Shown here: positions 41,266-55,369 of the stretch, piece by piece
Position numbering within the stretch: the first letter of the stretch is position 1
Layout: each line of letters begins with the position of its first letter
Assembly: GCA_030390025.1 (NCBI GenBank)
Contig: CM059432.1
Location: 45,386,001 to 45,450,000 of the forward strand
DNA length: 64,000 bases
Direction of reading: 5' to 3'
Source: Squalus acanthias
Taxonomy: Eukaryota
Program-made: the position numbers and the translations under genes
Notes under the pieces: generated by a model
The model's database searches: none
What the model was told of the DNA's origin: nothing
What the model saw: the letters and a program-made list of their open reading frames with translations, nothing else

Positions 41266-43195
41266 GAAGGGTGTATGAATGTTGAGCATTTGCCCTGCCC
41301 ACATGCATAACACTGCACTTATCTAAGTTATACATCATTTTCCAGTCTTGAGCCCAATCTCCCAACACATTATCTGTAGTTGTGCACAAAGGATGTTACC
41401 AACAACAAATACATAAATAGAATGCCTAATAGTTGAACTGGTTTTATTTGCTGTTTCTTCAATTTGATGTTTTCCTGTAGCATTTAACATTTTACAGTTA
41501 GCATACCATATAATGCCTCTTCTCTGCTATGGGGAGTTGCATGTCCTATACTCAAGACCATCTTGGTATAAGCTGGCTGTTTTGTTGCACTGATAGTACA
41601 GGTATTCCTGTGATTCCAAATCTGAGTAAACTTCTTCTGATCGTGTCAGTGCCATTCCCTTGCATCAGAAAAGGCAGAATGAAGGACAGAATCTGATCCC
41701 AGGGGATGGTCCTAAGCAGCAATGCCAAGGTAAGTTCAGCTATATCTGAAGTGAAATCGATTAAAAGATTTAAGATTCCATCTGAGACCCTTCCACATGC
41801 ATGCACTTTCTGTGTACAACAAATTAAGTGGAAAACACCGCAAGAAATGAATTGGTTTCATCCATGCTCCTAAAAATAGAATTACCTATAACTTATCCAG
41901 CAGTAAGTACATACCATTCACAGTACACATCCTAAAGCCAAAGATCCTTTTCAATCAAAAGAAAAAATAGTGGCAAGTATCAACTAATGAGCAAATAAGT
42001 TACCAGTACCTTTTTGCTGCATCAGATGCATCTATTCCAGTGCTGCTGAGAACAGTATCAATGAAACTTCACCACAAGCTTTGGCAGCATGTTGGTGAAA
42101 TGCTGGCAGGGTAACCTAGACACCAAAATTAGTGCTGCTGTCGCTAAATGTCAAGTTCTACATGAGCAGAGATACGTGGAATTTCTAGGTCTGACTGCCT
42201 AGGTGCAATTGTAAAACTGGCTGATAGGAGCTATTAAGTAACAATCTTTGAATCCATCAGCCTTTGAACTAATATCTTTCACATCATTAAAGCTATTGAT
42301 TGAAAATGACATCCATAGGACATCAAGGTTTCAAACCAGCAGCAAGTGAAAATTCTATTCAACAGTAGACTGACTATTATGGTATGGGAAGCGACACAGG
42401 GAACTTGACCTTAAAATAACCACAGATGAAATCTCTTGATCTTGACCATGACATTTTATATTGTTATAAATGGAAATATCTGCACGTGAAAAATGTTTGC
42501 TTTAGGTGTTGTTTTAACTGGCTCTAATTTCTGGTGCATATTTTCTATATTCACATGTATAAAAGTGTTTCACAATAACATTAATGAGGTCAAATTTATT
42601 TAGCCGTTCTGACACACCCCTGGATACTCCAGGTCCAAACCTTATACAAAAATTTCCAATAGCCTTGCTTGGGCGTGGAGCGTCTACTCACCCCAAACAA
42701 GGCCACTGAGGCAGTGGGGGCAGGGATGAGGGTGGGGACTCCCTACACTGGGGGTTTCCATTTCCTCAGCCCTAATGGAACCTGGCGTATTTTCGTAGGT
42801 TGGTACAACGAATCAGGTGAGGAGCTCCGGCTTCCAGAAGGGCACAAGTGGGCCCACAAGGAGGATCCAGGACAGGGATGCAGCCTCCACCCTGAAGATG
42901 AAGAAAGCTTTTTAAAAAGCTTTTAGTAGTGGGCCCCTTTGTACGAAGGCCAAATGTTATTTCCAAGATGAAGAGGCACCTGGACACCCTCCTTCCCCCA
43001 AGATGGACATTCTTGCAGAATAGAGCTGATGGTGTCCGAGATGCACCAGTCAGCCAAATGGAAGTGAGTGCCCTCCTACTGACCTCTGCATATTCCGGCA
43101 AGGTGAGCACTGGAGGGTCGCAATCCCAGTGTAACTGCCAGGATCACAGTCTGAGGACTTTTGAGGCCCTTAAATACCTTAATGGCTGTACTCAC

Positions 43196-43282
43196 ATCAG
43201 GAAGTCCTGTCACTTTAGACATCTGCTCCACAGTAGACTTCACAGAATCTGGATCTCTCACATCACACTGAATTGCATGAAC
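43196..43282 (-). CDS. DECR1: DECR1 exon 4 (VHAIQCDVRDPDSVKSTVEQMSKVTGLPD)
   Basis: 87-bp AG/GT exon with the QCDVRD motif. Confidence 0.95.
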
Positions 43283-43439
43283 CTAGAAGAAAAGCATAAC
43301 AACTTCAAACTCTCACATAAAACTAAAAAAGATGGTGTTCCATCAATTTATCCTCTGGTCCATTTTATCCTAAAATTAGCAGGGACAGGAATTATACCGC
43401 CTAAATCTCGCCATTATGGTGGGGGAAGACAGAATTAAT

Positions 43440-44173
43440 GGCCCAGATTTTGAGGTGAGCAGTGAAGGAACGTTGCTGCCCACAGACTTTTTGCGGGCTT
43501 TTGAACGGCAACTATCACCGGGTGTCTGATGCAGCGCGGCACCCTTTACAGGGATCTGTGGCGTGTGTGAGCAGGAAAAAACAGGGTGTCTCTTCAACCA
43601 ATCAGATTGAAGAATCCTCACTGAGACACACAGTCTAAACCAGGAAGTATAAATTAGAATATTTAATTAATTGTAAAATCATGTACAGAAAGCAAAATAA
43701 AGGGAGGGAAAGAAGGATGGGATTAAGAGAGAGAAATAAAAGAGACAAAGAAAAAGTAAAAAAAAATATTTAATTTTTTTTTTAAACCTTCAACAATAAT
43801 TACATTCTGAAGGAATGAAACTTCACACTAGTAAATTTAAATTTTCAGTGCCAGAGAGGTTGTTTGGCAGTAATTAAGACTTATACCATTAAAAATTCAC
43901 TTACACCTGAATGCACCAGCAGTAACTTTTTCTGGTGTGTTTAGTGGGTAAGTACAGCAACTTCACGCCCTTACATTGATTTCAATGCTGAGTCTTTCGG
44001 CGAGGTATGGGTGTAGTGCAGCTAGTGGAGGAGCAGGGCAAATTGGACAGCAATTTCCGGATTTCTGTGTTTAACTGCGCATGTGCAGACTCTGGAAGTT
44101 GCTGTCCAATTTACTCTATAATAACAGAAAGCGCTGTTAGACTCACTATCATTATTACCACAAAATCTGGGCC
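43440..44173. mobile_element. Harbinger-like MITE
   Basis: Perfect 13-bp TIR ggcccagattttg...caaaatctgggcc with an AAT TSD. Confidence 0.9.
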
Positions 44174-44577
44174 AATTAGATTTCTAAATGTTTGTATGAA
44201 CAATCCGCACTAGAAATGTGTAAACTAGATGAAGACATGGTTGCAAAGCAATCAAAAGGGATAAACTCAATTCAGTGTTTCTTTAAATTCAAAAAAGTTA
44301 TATATTCCTTTTAAACAACATTTTCTGTAAGTTCCACACATAAATCATTTAGCATTAGAAAATGGGGCTGACAAAAAATAAAAACAGAGTTAGGGAAAAT
44401 GCATTACATGTGAAAAATCCAGTATAGGTGAGCGTTTTCAGGATTCCCTTGTGTTATCAAAGCACAGTTACCATGTTTGCAAATAACATGGTAATGGTCC
44501 ATTTTGATATGCATTAAAAAAGAAGTTTGGTCAGTGCATGCATGAAAACTAACCATTACAGTGTCAATTACAAACAT

Positions 44578-44777
44578 GGGGCAGAACTTTCAACTTTGCC
44601 GGGGGCGGAAAATTGGTAGTATTGGATTGGCCACCAGTTATACAGCCCACATGATTTTCCTTTCCATTCAAGTCAATGGAAAGGAAAATCAAGTGGGGTG
44701 TATAACAGGCAACCGACCCAATAACGCCAGTTTAATGCCAGATTTAATCCCCTCTCCCCCCCACCGCAAAAGCTCGT
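44578..44777. mobile_element. Short palindromic MITE
   Basis: Central palindrome gattttcctttccatt-caagtc-aatggaaaggaaaatc. Related to 585-758. Confidence 0.55.
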
Positions 44778-46126
44778 AACTGCATTTTAATTCTCATATA
44801 GCAATAGTTGAACTGTAAACGTGATTAGAATTATTTGCTTGGGTGGAAAGTAAATACTGACACAGACTAGTTGTGGCAAATGGCCCGTCTCCAAGTTTCA
44901 TATCAAGTATTGGGCTCTTTTCCTCTTCATACTAGAACTAAAACCTCATCTTGGTTAACTGGCAACACTTGGAACACTTTAAATTGAGGTGGTCCTGCAA
45001 CTCCAGTAAAATGACACTCTCAATAAAACAACTAGTCACTCCTGGAAATGGATGGGAGAGGTGGTGGATTGCCAAGTCACATGATATACTGAGAACTGAA
45101 GAACCTTTATTCTTGTATTATTTCTGAATATAGATAGAATCATTTTTTTGAAACTATGCACTTGTGGAATACATCAATACATTTGTCCTACTTATGAAGT
45201 AATTTAACCGTACCCAGAAGGGGAAGCAGCGAAAATAAGAGAAAAAATGTTTAAAATAGACTTCCTGGTAAATTTACTTTATGGTGGGTTGTAGAACACT
45301 ACACTAGGCAAAATTGAGATGCCACCACAGCTCAGCAATGAGAAAAATACCGCCATTCAAAGCTCTAGTTATGCGGACAGACTATAGTGAAGGTATTCTC
45401 TGTTAACTATTTGTAGGAAAATCATAAATGCATTCTTTATACATGTCATTTACGATTTTACTACATAGGAAATCATCCCCCTCCTAGATGTGAACCTGTT
45501 GCAGATGCTGAATGACCTGCTGAGTATTTCCAGCATTTTCTGTTTTTGCTTGAAATCTTCATTAGTTAGCAATTAAACAGATCATCAATTGGAAAAGATT
45601 GAACAGCATGGAGATGACAAATTGAAGCTAATTATAAAAGAGGGAATATGTGAAGTATCCAAATAGCAAGACTCTCATCTGATTTCAATGTCCAGTTTCA
45701 CCTGTTTTGTGAGTCTCTTCTCTGCTCTGACTGATGCTCATTTCACAGTTGTTACGTTCATGCAGAAGTTAGTACAAAGTAGATATCTAGCCAATGAGAA
45801 ACAAAGCATATGAAAGTTGGATTGGTTCCCATACCTGACTGTACCTTGTCTAATGCAAGAGTACTTTTTTGTAGTAACAGTGAGAATATCACTCAGAGTA
45901 CTGGTATATTACTGCTAATAGTTGTATATATTTTTTTAAATTGCAATAACTTCACTAGATTTTTGTTGTTGTAATCATTCAAAAAACTGTGCTGCATCTT
46001 TATATTAAAAATTATCTGTAGCTGTACACCAAGTAATATTTTACAGCATTTCTACTCTAATAACATGGTAAAATTTATAGCACATTAGTACTCAGATGAA
46101 AAGTAGCCATTGTAATATGCAGAACT

Positions 46127-46492
46127 AAAGTACCTTTGGCTAACAACTAAACTTAATGAACGTGTATCTGTGACTGTCCTCAAAAATTATGTTCAAAAAA
46201 ATTTTGAAAATATATAATTTGCGAGCTTTGCCCTGAGTATTCCTTTATGTCATGTTTTAAAAATGGAAGAAATTTATAATGATTTCAGAAGTATAAAGCT
46301 TGAAAAACATGACTAAATTTGCTCATATTTGATCATGTAACTTGGTCTACATTTAAATTAGTTTGATGTGTTACCCAAACTCCAGAGGCTAGAATTGTGA
46401 AAGTTGCTACAAACAAAACCAGCATATGCACATTTCTGAGGACAGTCACAGATGCATGCTCATTAAGTTTAATTGTTAATCTAAGGTACTTT
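46127..46492. repeat. Diverged inverted repeat pair of about 60 bp (old MITE?)
   Basis: aagtacctttggctaacaactaaacttaatgaacgtgtatctgtgactgtcctca matches the reverse complement of about 46435-46492. Confidence 0.7.
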
Positions 46493-46516
46493 TAAATTCA
46501 AGCTACAACCGATTAC

Positions 46517-46574
46517 CTTGTTTCCAGTTTGCAAGGAGATTTCTTCTGCTGTCTGTTTCAAAATATCCAGCTTT
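46517..46574 (-). CDS. DECR1: DECR1 exon 3 (KLDILKQTAEEISLQTGNK)
   Basis: 58-bp AG/GT exon, phase-compatible with its neighbours. Confidence 0.94.
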
Positions 46575-47504
46575 CTGGAAGGCAGATTTGTTTATATGAG
46601 CAATTATATTTGATTATTTTGAAGTTGTAGAACACTTCTATTTCATTGGAAGCTTCTTACAAAGGTCTATGCTTTTAACAACCTTAACTATCAACTGCTC
46701 ACTCATTGTTACACTTCCGCCTTTGATGCTGAGCAAGACATTCACCATCTCCCATTCCGGTTGTTTTCTGCTGTCACCCCATTTTCACTTCTTCAGGTTC
46801 AAGGGCAGCAATCTTAACTATATCTGGCATACAACTGGCCTCGCCATCTGTCATCAGATCTGGCTTGACAACATCAAGAGCTTTTGGGCCTTGCTGTCCT
46901 TTGCCAAAACTGCCCACTATTCTAGGATCATTCTGGAGGGCAAAGATAATGCCAGACTCCTTTCACGATCACCAACAGCCTCCTTAAATCCTTCTTCCCT
47001 GACCCTACACCCTCACATCTAACAAGTCAACGACCACCACCAAAATAGACTAACTAGTCATTTAACTCATTGCTATTTGTGAAACCTCGCTTATGTAAAT
47101 TGGTTGCTGTGTTTGCCTACAAGAGCGACTACACTGCCAAAGTCATTAATTCTCTGTTAAAACACTTGGGACGTCCTGAGGATATGAAAGATGAATATAA
47201 ATGAAAGTTATTTTTTCATCACCCCATCCATTAGGCTGTACCTTCCTCCAGCTCCATCCGACCCTCAACTTGAATCCTCATCCCTCTCTAGTTTCTCCCC
47301 CATCTTCCTTCCCCTCTCTAAGCTCATCTCTTCCATGAGACCTACCTTCTGCTCCCATTCTCACTAATCTCCTGATCGTCCAACTTTGCTTCCGGGCCCC
47401 AATTAAGCCGATAATGTAAATGGTTCCCTCTTTACAGATACTGTCCCTCAACCTTTCAAAACAACCATCATCACCCTCCTCAAAAAAAGCACCCTTGAAA
47501 TAAT

Positions 47505-48810
47505 TGGCTAAAGGACAGTTAGCAGGGAGTAGTGGTGAACAGTTGTTTTTCAGACTGGAGGGAAGAGTACAGTGGTGCCCACCAGGGGTCAGTGTTGGGA
47601 CCACTGCTCCTTTTGATGTATATTAATGACCTGGAATTAGGTATACAGGGCATAATTTCAAAGTTTGCAGATGACACAAAACTCAGAAATGTAATAAACA
47701 ATGAGGATAGTAACAGACTTCAGGAGGACATGGACAGACTGGTGAAATGGAAAGATACATGGCAGTTGAAATTTAACGCAGAGAAGTGTGAAGTGATTAT
47801 TTTTGGTTGGAAAAATGAGGAGAGGCAATATAAACCAAAGGTACAATTTTAAAGGGGGTGCAGGAACAGAGAGACCTGGGAGTGTACATACACAAGTCTT
47901 TGAAGGTGGCAGGACAAGTTGAGAAGGCTGTTAAAAAGGCATACAAATCCATGACGATATAAATAGAGGTCATGATGCGGAGATGCCGGTGTTGGACTGG
48001 GGTGGACAAAATTGAGAGGTCGCACAACACCAGGTTATAGTCCAACAGTTTTATTTTAAATCACAAGCTTTTGGAGTTACAACTCCTTTGTCGGGTGAAG
48101 TGAGGACACTTCACCCGACGAAGGAGTTGTAACTCCGAAAGCTTGTGATTTAAAATAAAACTGTTGGACTATAACCTGGTGTTGTGCGACCTCTCAATTT
48201 TGATATAAATAGAGGCATAGAGTACAAAAGCAAGGAAGTTTTGCTAAACTTTTATAAAACACTGATTAGGCCCGAGCTGGAGTATTGTGGCCAATTCTGG
48301 GCACCACACTTTAGGAGGGATGTCAAGGCCTTGGGGTGCAGAGGTGATTTACTAGAATGGTACCAGGGATGAAAGACTTCAGTTATGTGGTGAGACTAGA
48401 GAAACTGGGGTTGTTCTCCTTAGAGCAGAGGTTAAGGGGAGATTTGATAGAGGTATTCCCATGAAGGGTTTTGACAGAATAAATAATGAAAAATGGTTTC
48501 CAATGCCAGAAGGGTCGGTAACTAGAGGACACAGTTTTAAGGTTAATTGGCAAAAGAACCAGAGGCGACATGAGGAAACATCTTTTACGCAGCAAGTTCT
48601 GATGATCTGGAATGCACTGCCTGAAAGGGTGGTGGAAACAGATTCAGTAATAACTTTCAAAAGGGAATTGGATAAATACTTGAAGGGGAAAAATTTGCAG
48701 GGCTATGGGGAAAAAGCAGGGGAGTGAGACTAATTGGGTTGCTCTTTCAAAGAGTTGGCACAGGCATGATGGCCTCCTTCTGTGCTGTATCATTCTATTA
48801 TTCTATGACC
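47505..48810 (+). mobile_element. CR1 3' portion hosting a Penelope-like hairpin
   Basis: QGSVLGPLL..MYINDL, ISKFADDTKL, LEYCGQFWAP, TRGHSFK. Confidence 0.88.
47970..48201. mobile_element. Penelope-like terminal fragment forming a foldback hairpin with 96-bp arms
   Basis: 14-bp TSD gatataaatagagg (47956-47969 and 48202-48215). Arms 48007-48102 and 48107-48202 differ at two positions. Hammerhead-like motif at 48111-48148. Confidence 0.88.
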
Positions 48811-48889
48811 CCTCTGTTCTACCTAACTACCATTCCATCTCTAACCACATTTTCCTTTTCAGTCATTGAATGTGTTGTTATCTTCCTGA

Positions 48890-49742
48890 TCCATGTCTAC
48901 CCCTGCTTGACTGACATCCAGTACTGGACAAGTCGTAACTTTGTCCAGCTAAACATTGGTAAGACCAAAGCCATCGTCTTTAGCCCCTGCCACAAACTTC
49001 ACACCCTCACCACTGACTCCATCTCCCCACCCCCCACCAAAACCAACGTCTCAGATTGAACCAGACTGTTCGCAACCTCAATGTCATGTTCAGGCACGAG
49101 CTAAGCTTTCAAATCCATATCCTGGTCATCATAAAGACCACCTGCGTTCCCCTCCATAATATCAACCATGTCCGTCCATCTGCTGCTGAAACATTAATTC
49201 ATGCCTTTGTCACCTCCAGATCAGATTATTTCAATGCTTTTCCCACTTGGCCTCCCATTCTCCACCCTCCATAAATTATAGCTCATCCAAAATTCTGCAG
49301 CCAGCAATCCTATCCCACACCAAGTTCCATTTCTCCATCACACTCATTTTTGCTGACCTATATTGGCTCATGGTTCCCCAAGTCCCCAGCATCTCAAATT
49401 TAAAATTCTCATCATGTTGTTCAAATCTTTCCATGCCCTTAACCCTCCCTATCTCTGTGAACTCCTCCAGGTCTACAACCCTCCCCCTGAAATGTCCATT
49501 CCTCTGATTATGGCTTCTTTCACCCACCATTGGCAACCATGGATTCAGCTGCCTAGGTTCCACTCTCGAGAGCTCTCTCTGCTCCATTAAGACTATCCTT
49601 AAAACTCAACTCTTTTGACTAAGCTATTGGTCACCTCTTCTAATTTCTCCTTCTTTGACTTAGAAACCATTTTTGTTACACTTTTGTGAAGCACCTTGGG
49701 GCATTTTTCTACATTAAAGGAGCTATATAAATGCAAGTTGTC
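48890..49742 (+). mobile_element. Decayed L2 3' portion
   Basis: NFVQLNIGKT.AIVF, SAAETLIHAFVTSR, L2 tail. Confidence 0.8.
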
Positions 49743-50133
49743 ACTGCTGTATAACACCAGTGTTTGTAGTAAGACTGCGGGCTAAAAACTGCCAGAACAT
49801 TCTGTCACAGGGAGCAACAAAGGAGACCTTCCTACCCACATCTCTGAACAATACAAGCAAAACAGCATCAGCTCCTAGTCCAAAAATCTTCACGAGGTAC
49901 ATACTGACATCAGTACTTTTGTCCAGTTAAAGCAACACAAAATTATAATACTAAATGATCTTTCCATTGATTCAATTTAGTATAGTTACCTTTACTGCAA
50001 TAACCTACTCAAATCTTGAAGTGAATTACTGGAAAAAGGCAGCTGTGACTACAATGCACAATTATGCAAAATTAATGAAAATAATTAAGCAAAATTAAAG
50101 AAAAGCTTTGGCTGAGTACAACTCATCCACTTA

Positions 50134-50781
<648 letters not shown>

Positions 50782-51636
50782 TACTAACAATCAACAGCTA
50801 TCTTAAGATTACCAATAAAAATATAATTTATTAAGGCATTTCACCAGTATAATCACTGTTTCACTTAATGATTGATGTAACCAGTATAAATTTCAACAAT
50901 AAGTCTGGTTACTTCCACTACACATACAAAAACATTCCTAAATGTTTTGCTAAAGTTAAAAAACTTTACACCAAATAATCTTTCAGTAATACCTTGCAAA
51001 TCATTTCCAAGTTTAAAAATGCTCGCTTGACAGCACTCTTACATTGAAGCCCAAAGATTGTAGGTTCAAGCTCCACTCCAGGACATAAAACTACTATTTG
51101 AAGCACTGGAAGTTCACCTGGTATCTTGGCTACCGGTTCACCCTCAGCCTACACCATGAGAGATTAACTGGTCATTTGCCTCTTTGGTGTTTGTGGAACC
51201 TTGTGTGCAAAACGGTTACTACATTTGCTCACATAAGTCATTCCAATTTTCATTGTATTGGAGCGTTGAAATGTGAAAAGACATCTCAAAAGATATAATT
51301 GCAAGTCTGTTTTTCAATCAATTCACAAATTACTCGACAGATGCACCTTATCTGTTCAGAGTATTAGCTGAACATTCCCTGAACACATGGACAGTAACTT
51401 GAAATCAACAGTACCTTAAAATAAAATTAAAAAGGGTTATAATTTTCTTCATGGCTGCACTAAGAAATACAATTATTCATAGAATCTTAAACAAAAAACT
51501 AATCCCTGGAGTTCACCCCAGTTTTCATACCTGATGCAGTGTGGACTTTACCAGTTAGGAATACAGCAGCAGTGGGAATTAAAGTTTTCAAAGGTAGTTA
51601 CTCCAGGAACGAAAATCTTAACTCCATTACACATTA

Positions 51637-51797
51637 GCCAGTAATTTCCACAGGGATTCTCCTGATCTCCCATTGTAACTTCAGTGGAAGATCACAGAAA
51701 CCTCAGAGGAATGGCGTAAATTGTCATTCACACCGTTTCCCTGGAGTTTCCACTGAAGTTATGGCAGATCGGGATCTGCTGCAGAAATTATATCCCA
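51637..51797. repeat. Short palindromic MITE-like element
   Basis: Inverted arms taacttcagtggaa / ttccactgaagtta, plus flanking imperfect complementarity. Confidence 0.55.
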
Positions 51798-52302
51798 CTG
51801 CAAATGTCAACTTTTTGATTAGATGTTCTTTTTTAAAATTGTTTTTTCAAAAGTTTACATGCACACAAATTTTGTGAGACTATTATATACTTTGATTGCA
51901 CAACCCTTCCTCAGGGCGGGCAACATGGTGGTGCATATACCAAGAGCATGGTGAAGGAGAAAGGAGATCCTGGTCCTTGAGGTACACACATAGGCCATTA
52001 GACTGCTGTTGACTGATTTATCAGAGGTTGTTCTATTATGAAGAAGCAGTTTTGTCTCATGCTCGTCCAAGAGAAGGGCCCAGAGTCATGAGCTCCAGGG
52101 ATAGCAGGCTTGAGGGGCCGTATGGCCTACTCCTACTTCTTATGATAGGCACCTGCCTGTTCTTCAATCATTCAGATCAACCGTTATCCCATAGGCATTT
52201 CATCATAAGCTTTGGCAGCTGCGTGAAACAGCACTATGATTTCACCAGTGACAATTCCAAACCAGCCAAACATCAGTTATTTTTGATGTCAGTCATTCTT
52301 AT

Positions 52303-53087
52303 ACAACAACTTGTATTTACATAGCACCTTTAACGTAGTAAAGCGTCCCAAGGCGCTTCACAGAAGTATTTTAAGACAAAATATTTAACACCGAGCCAAA
52401 TAAGGAGAAATTAGGGCAGGTGACCAAAAGCTTGGTCAAAGAGGTAGGTTTTAAGGAGCGCCTTCAAGGAGGAAAGAGAGGTGGAGAGGTTTAGGCAGGG
52501 AATTCCAGAGCTTGGGGCCTAGGCAACTGAAGGCACGGCCACCAATGGTTGAGCGATTATAATCAGGGATGCTCAAGAGGGCAGAATTAGAGGAGCGCAG
52601 ATATCTCGGGGGGTTGTGGGGCTCAAGAAGATTAGAGATAGGGAGGGGCGAAGCCATGGAGGGATTGGAAAACAAAGATGAGAATTTTGAAATCGAGGCG
52701 TTGCTTAACCGGGAGCCAACGTAGGTCAGCAAGCACAGGGGTGATGGTTGAACGGGACTTGGTGCGAGTTAGGACACGGGCAGCCGAGTTTTGGATCACC
52801 TCAAGTTTACGTAGGGTAGAATGTGTTGGTATAGTCAAGTCTAGAGGTAACAAAGGCATGGATGAGGGTTTCGGCAGCGGATGAGCTGAGGCAAGGGCGG
52901 AGACGGGCGATGTTATTGAGGTGGAAATAGGTGGTCTTAGTTATGCCGCGGATGTGTCAGAAGCTCATTTCAGGGTCAAGTATGACACCAAGGTTGCGAA
53001 CAGTGTGGTTCAGCCTCAGTCAGATGTTAGGGAGAGGGATGGAGTCAGTGGCTAGGGAACGGAGTTTGTGGCGGGGACCGAAAACAT
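52303..53087 (-). mobile_element. L2 3' portion
   Basis: LRKLEVIQNSAARVLTRTKSRS...LPVKQRLDFKIL. Confidence 0.9.
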
Positions 53088-53286
53088 TATTATAAAACAT
53101 CATGTGCTTATAAATGGGCTTATACTGGGTGTTAATGTGCATGATTATATTATATTATTCCTAACATTTCCTTAAAGTTCACAGTTGTGCAACAATAAAA
53201 TGTCATCACCTGCAAAGCAAACCAGAACTCTGTCCTTATCCCTATCCACCCTAAATCCAGCTTTAGCCTTGGCAAAAGATAACATT

Positions 53287-54052
53287 GGGGCAGAAATTCG
53301 GCTGTTGTCGGGTGAGTACGCACTGTGTACTCACCCGTGGACGGAACAAAAGTGCTGGTTTCTTGCATGCACTGCGCATGCACGGGAAACCGGCACTTCC
53401 GTTCCCCTGAGGAAAGGGGTTCAGAGGTCGAACGTGCACGCCGGAGAGGCTGCGCGTTCGCCTCGCACTTCGGATTTTTTTACAGGTTCCTCCGTGAAGG
53501 TAAGCACGGAGAAGATACACTTTTAAAAAGGATGCGCAAGGCCTTCTTTTAACAAGGTAAGTGTTGATTTTATTAAAATTTTAACATTTTTTCACAGATT
53601 TATCTTTTTTAATTACTTTAAAGAAAGGTAAGTTTAGTTTTAGCCCCGTTAAAAAATGTAATTAATTTTTTCAAAAATTAAATTTTTTTGTTTAAAATAG
53701 TTAATTAATGTAATTTACAGTTATTTTAAAAATGTGATGTTTTTAAAAAAATTTATTTGTAGTTTTAGGGATGTTTTGGGGCTGATCTGTATTCATAGAT
53801 TTGACAGGTCTTCCTGTCAAATCTATGAATGAAAGATGGTCTGCTGCCATTGGCTCTCCATGGCCCACGTGATCCCAGGGGCTGCATCGCACTAACTACG
53901 CCCCTGGGATACACAAGCACTGCGCGCCGGCAGCTGCAGGAGACCCAAGAGCCAAAGTCCCCGTGGGCCCAGAGGTCAACGGCAGGCGCGGTAGGTAGGT
54001 GCGCGCGCGATCCTTGCACCCGTGGGAAGCCAGGGAGCCGAATTTCTGGCCC
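53287..54052. mobile_element. Non-autonomous Harbinger-like element
   Basis: TIRs ggggcagaaattcggct...agccgaatttctggccc with an ATT TSD. CpG-rich ends and an AT-rich core. Confidence 0.85.
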
Positions 54053-54175
54053 ATTATCAATATAAACAAAGAAAAATACTGCAGATGCTATGAATCTGAA
54101 GAAAAAAAAAGCTGGAAACACCCGGCAGATCAGGCATCTGTTGAAAAACAGAAGTCAGTTAGTCAATATTTTAAA

Positions 54176-54445
54176 AAAGACTTGCAATTATATAGCACCT
54201 TTCACGACCTCAGGCTATCCCAAAGCACTTTACAGCCAATGAAGTACTTTCGAAGTGTAGTCGCTGCTGTAATGTCAGAAATGTGACAGCCAATTTGCGC
54301 ACAGTAAGCTCCCACAAACAGCAATGTGATGACCAGATAATGTTCTTTTTTAGTGATGTTGATTGAGGGATAAATATTGCCCAGGACACCGTGGATAACT
54401 CCCCTGCTCTTCTTTGAAATAATGCCATGGGATCTTTCACGTCCA
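54176..54445 (-). mobile_element. DeuSINE 3' half
   Basis: Homologous to 20836-21150. Confidence 0.8.
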
Positions 54446-55025
54446 GCTTTTCAGAGGGAGCTAGATTAGAGTGAGGGAGGTAAGTGGAGAAACTGACATG
54501 GCCCAATGTCACACCAGCAGTTCTCAATAAAAGGATCAAGAGCATAGGAGGCCAGAGCAAGGGCTCCAGGTGGATTGGGGAGGCTAAAGACAGGGAAAAG
54601 GGTTAGATGCGAGGGGAAGCCTTCTTTTGACCTGAAACAAGACAACTCCAGTTTCTCCAATGCTGCCTGGCCTGCTGGATGTTTGCCAACGTTATCACTG
54701 TTGTAAGGAAACTTGACTGATATGCTACTGCAATACTGAGGGAGTGCTGTACTAAAAACAGAAAATGCTGGAAATACTCAGCAGGTCAGGCAGCATCTGT
54801 GGAGAGGAGTTAACATTTCAGGCCGATGATCTGGTCATTGTTATTTGTGGGCCCTAGCTGTGCACATTGGCTGCTGCATTTCCTACAACAGTGACTACAC
54901 TTCAAAATAATGAATTAACTGTAAAACGCTTCAGGACATCCTGAGGTTGTGAAAGGCACTTTATAAATGCAGGCTTTCCCTGCCTATGTACTTGCTTAAA
55001 ATGTTACATCTCTTTAACTTTTTCC

Positions 55026-55062
55026 AGTTCTGATGAAAGGTCATCGACCTGAAACATTAACT
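55026..55062 (+). ncRNA. Minimal hammerhead motif (family 2) in a short Penelope-type end (about 55020-55127)
   Basis: AGTT-CTGATGA-A-AGGTC(atc)GACCT-GAAA-CA-T-T-AACT. The stem III palindrome has decayed from ACGT to ACAT. Confidence 0.65.
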
Positions 55063-55282
55063 CTGTTTCTCTCTCTCCACAGATGCTGCCTGACCTGCTG
55101 AGTGTTTCCAGCATTTTCTGTTTTTATTATAAAGGCAACATGCAAGCCTTTCCCTTTCTCGGGCTGGGTGTGAATGAACCATTTCTTCAAAACTTGAGAC
55201 CGCCCCTTCCCGGAACAAAGTTCCCAATTGACGCGGTGAAGTACCACTGACTCATTAAGACACGTTCCTATTTGCATCTCAC

Positions 55283-55369
55283 CCGCTCGTTTATGCTAAA
55301 CGGCGGAGCCGGTGTCACAGTAAATCTGCGCCACAGTCTCGACAACTGTCGGCCTGCACTAACCGCCAT
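55283..55369 (-). CDS. DECR1: DECR1 exon 1 (MAVSAGRQLSRLWRRFTVTPAPPFSINER), putative mitochondrial targeting peptide
   Basis: gaaATGG Kozak context and a phase-0 GTGAG donor compatible with exon 2. The peptide is Arg/Ser-rich and acid-poor, and lies in the CpG island. Total CDS is 1026 nt (341 aa). Confidence 0.85.

Larger units (their letters stand above)
38276..41380 (-). mobile_element. CR1-like LINE (third subfamily) fragmented by later insertions
   Basis: RTRGHKFKL...FFSQRIVDIWN (38.5-38.8 kb), LVRPHLEYCVQFWSP (39.8-40.1 kb), W.M.YN.DKCSVMHVG (41.3 kb). Confidence 0.8.
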
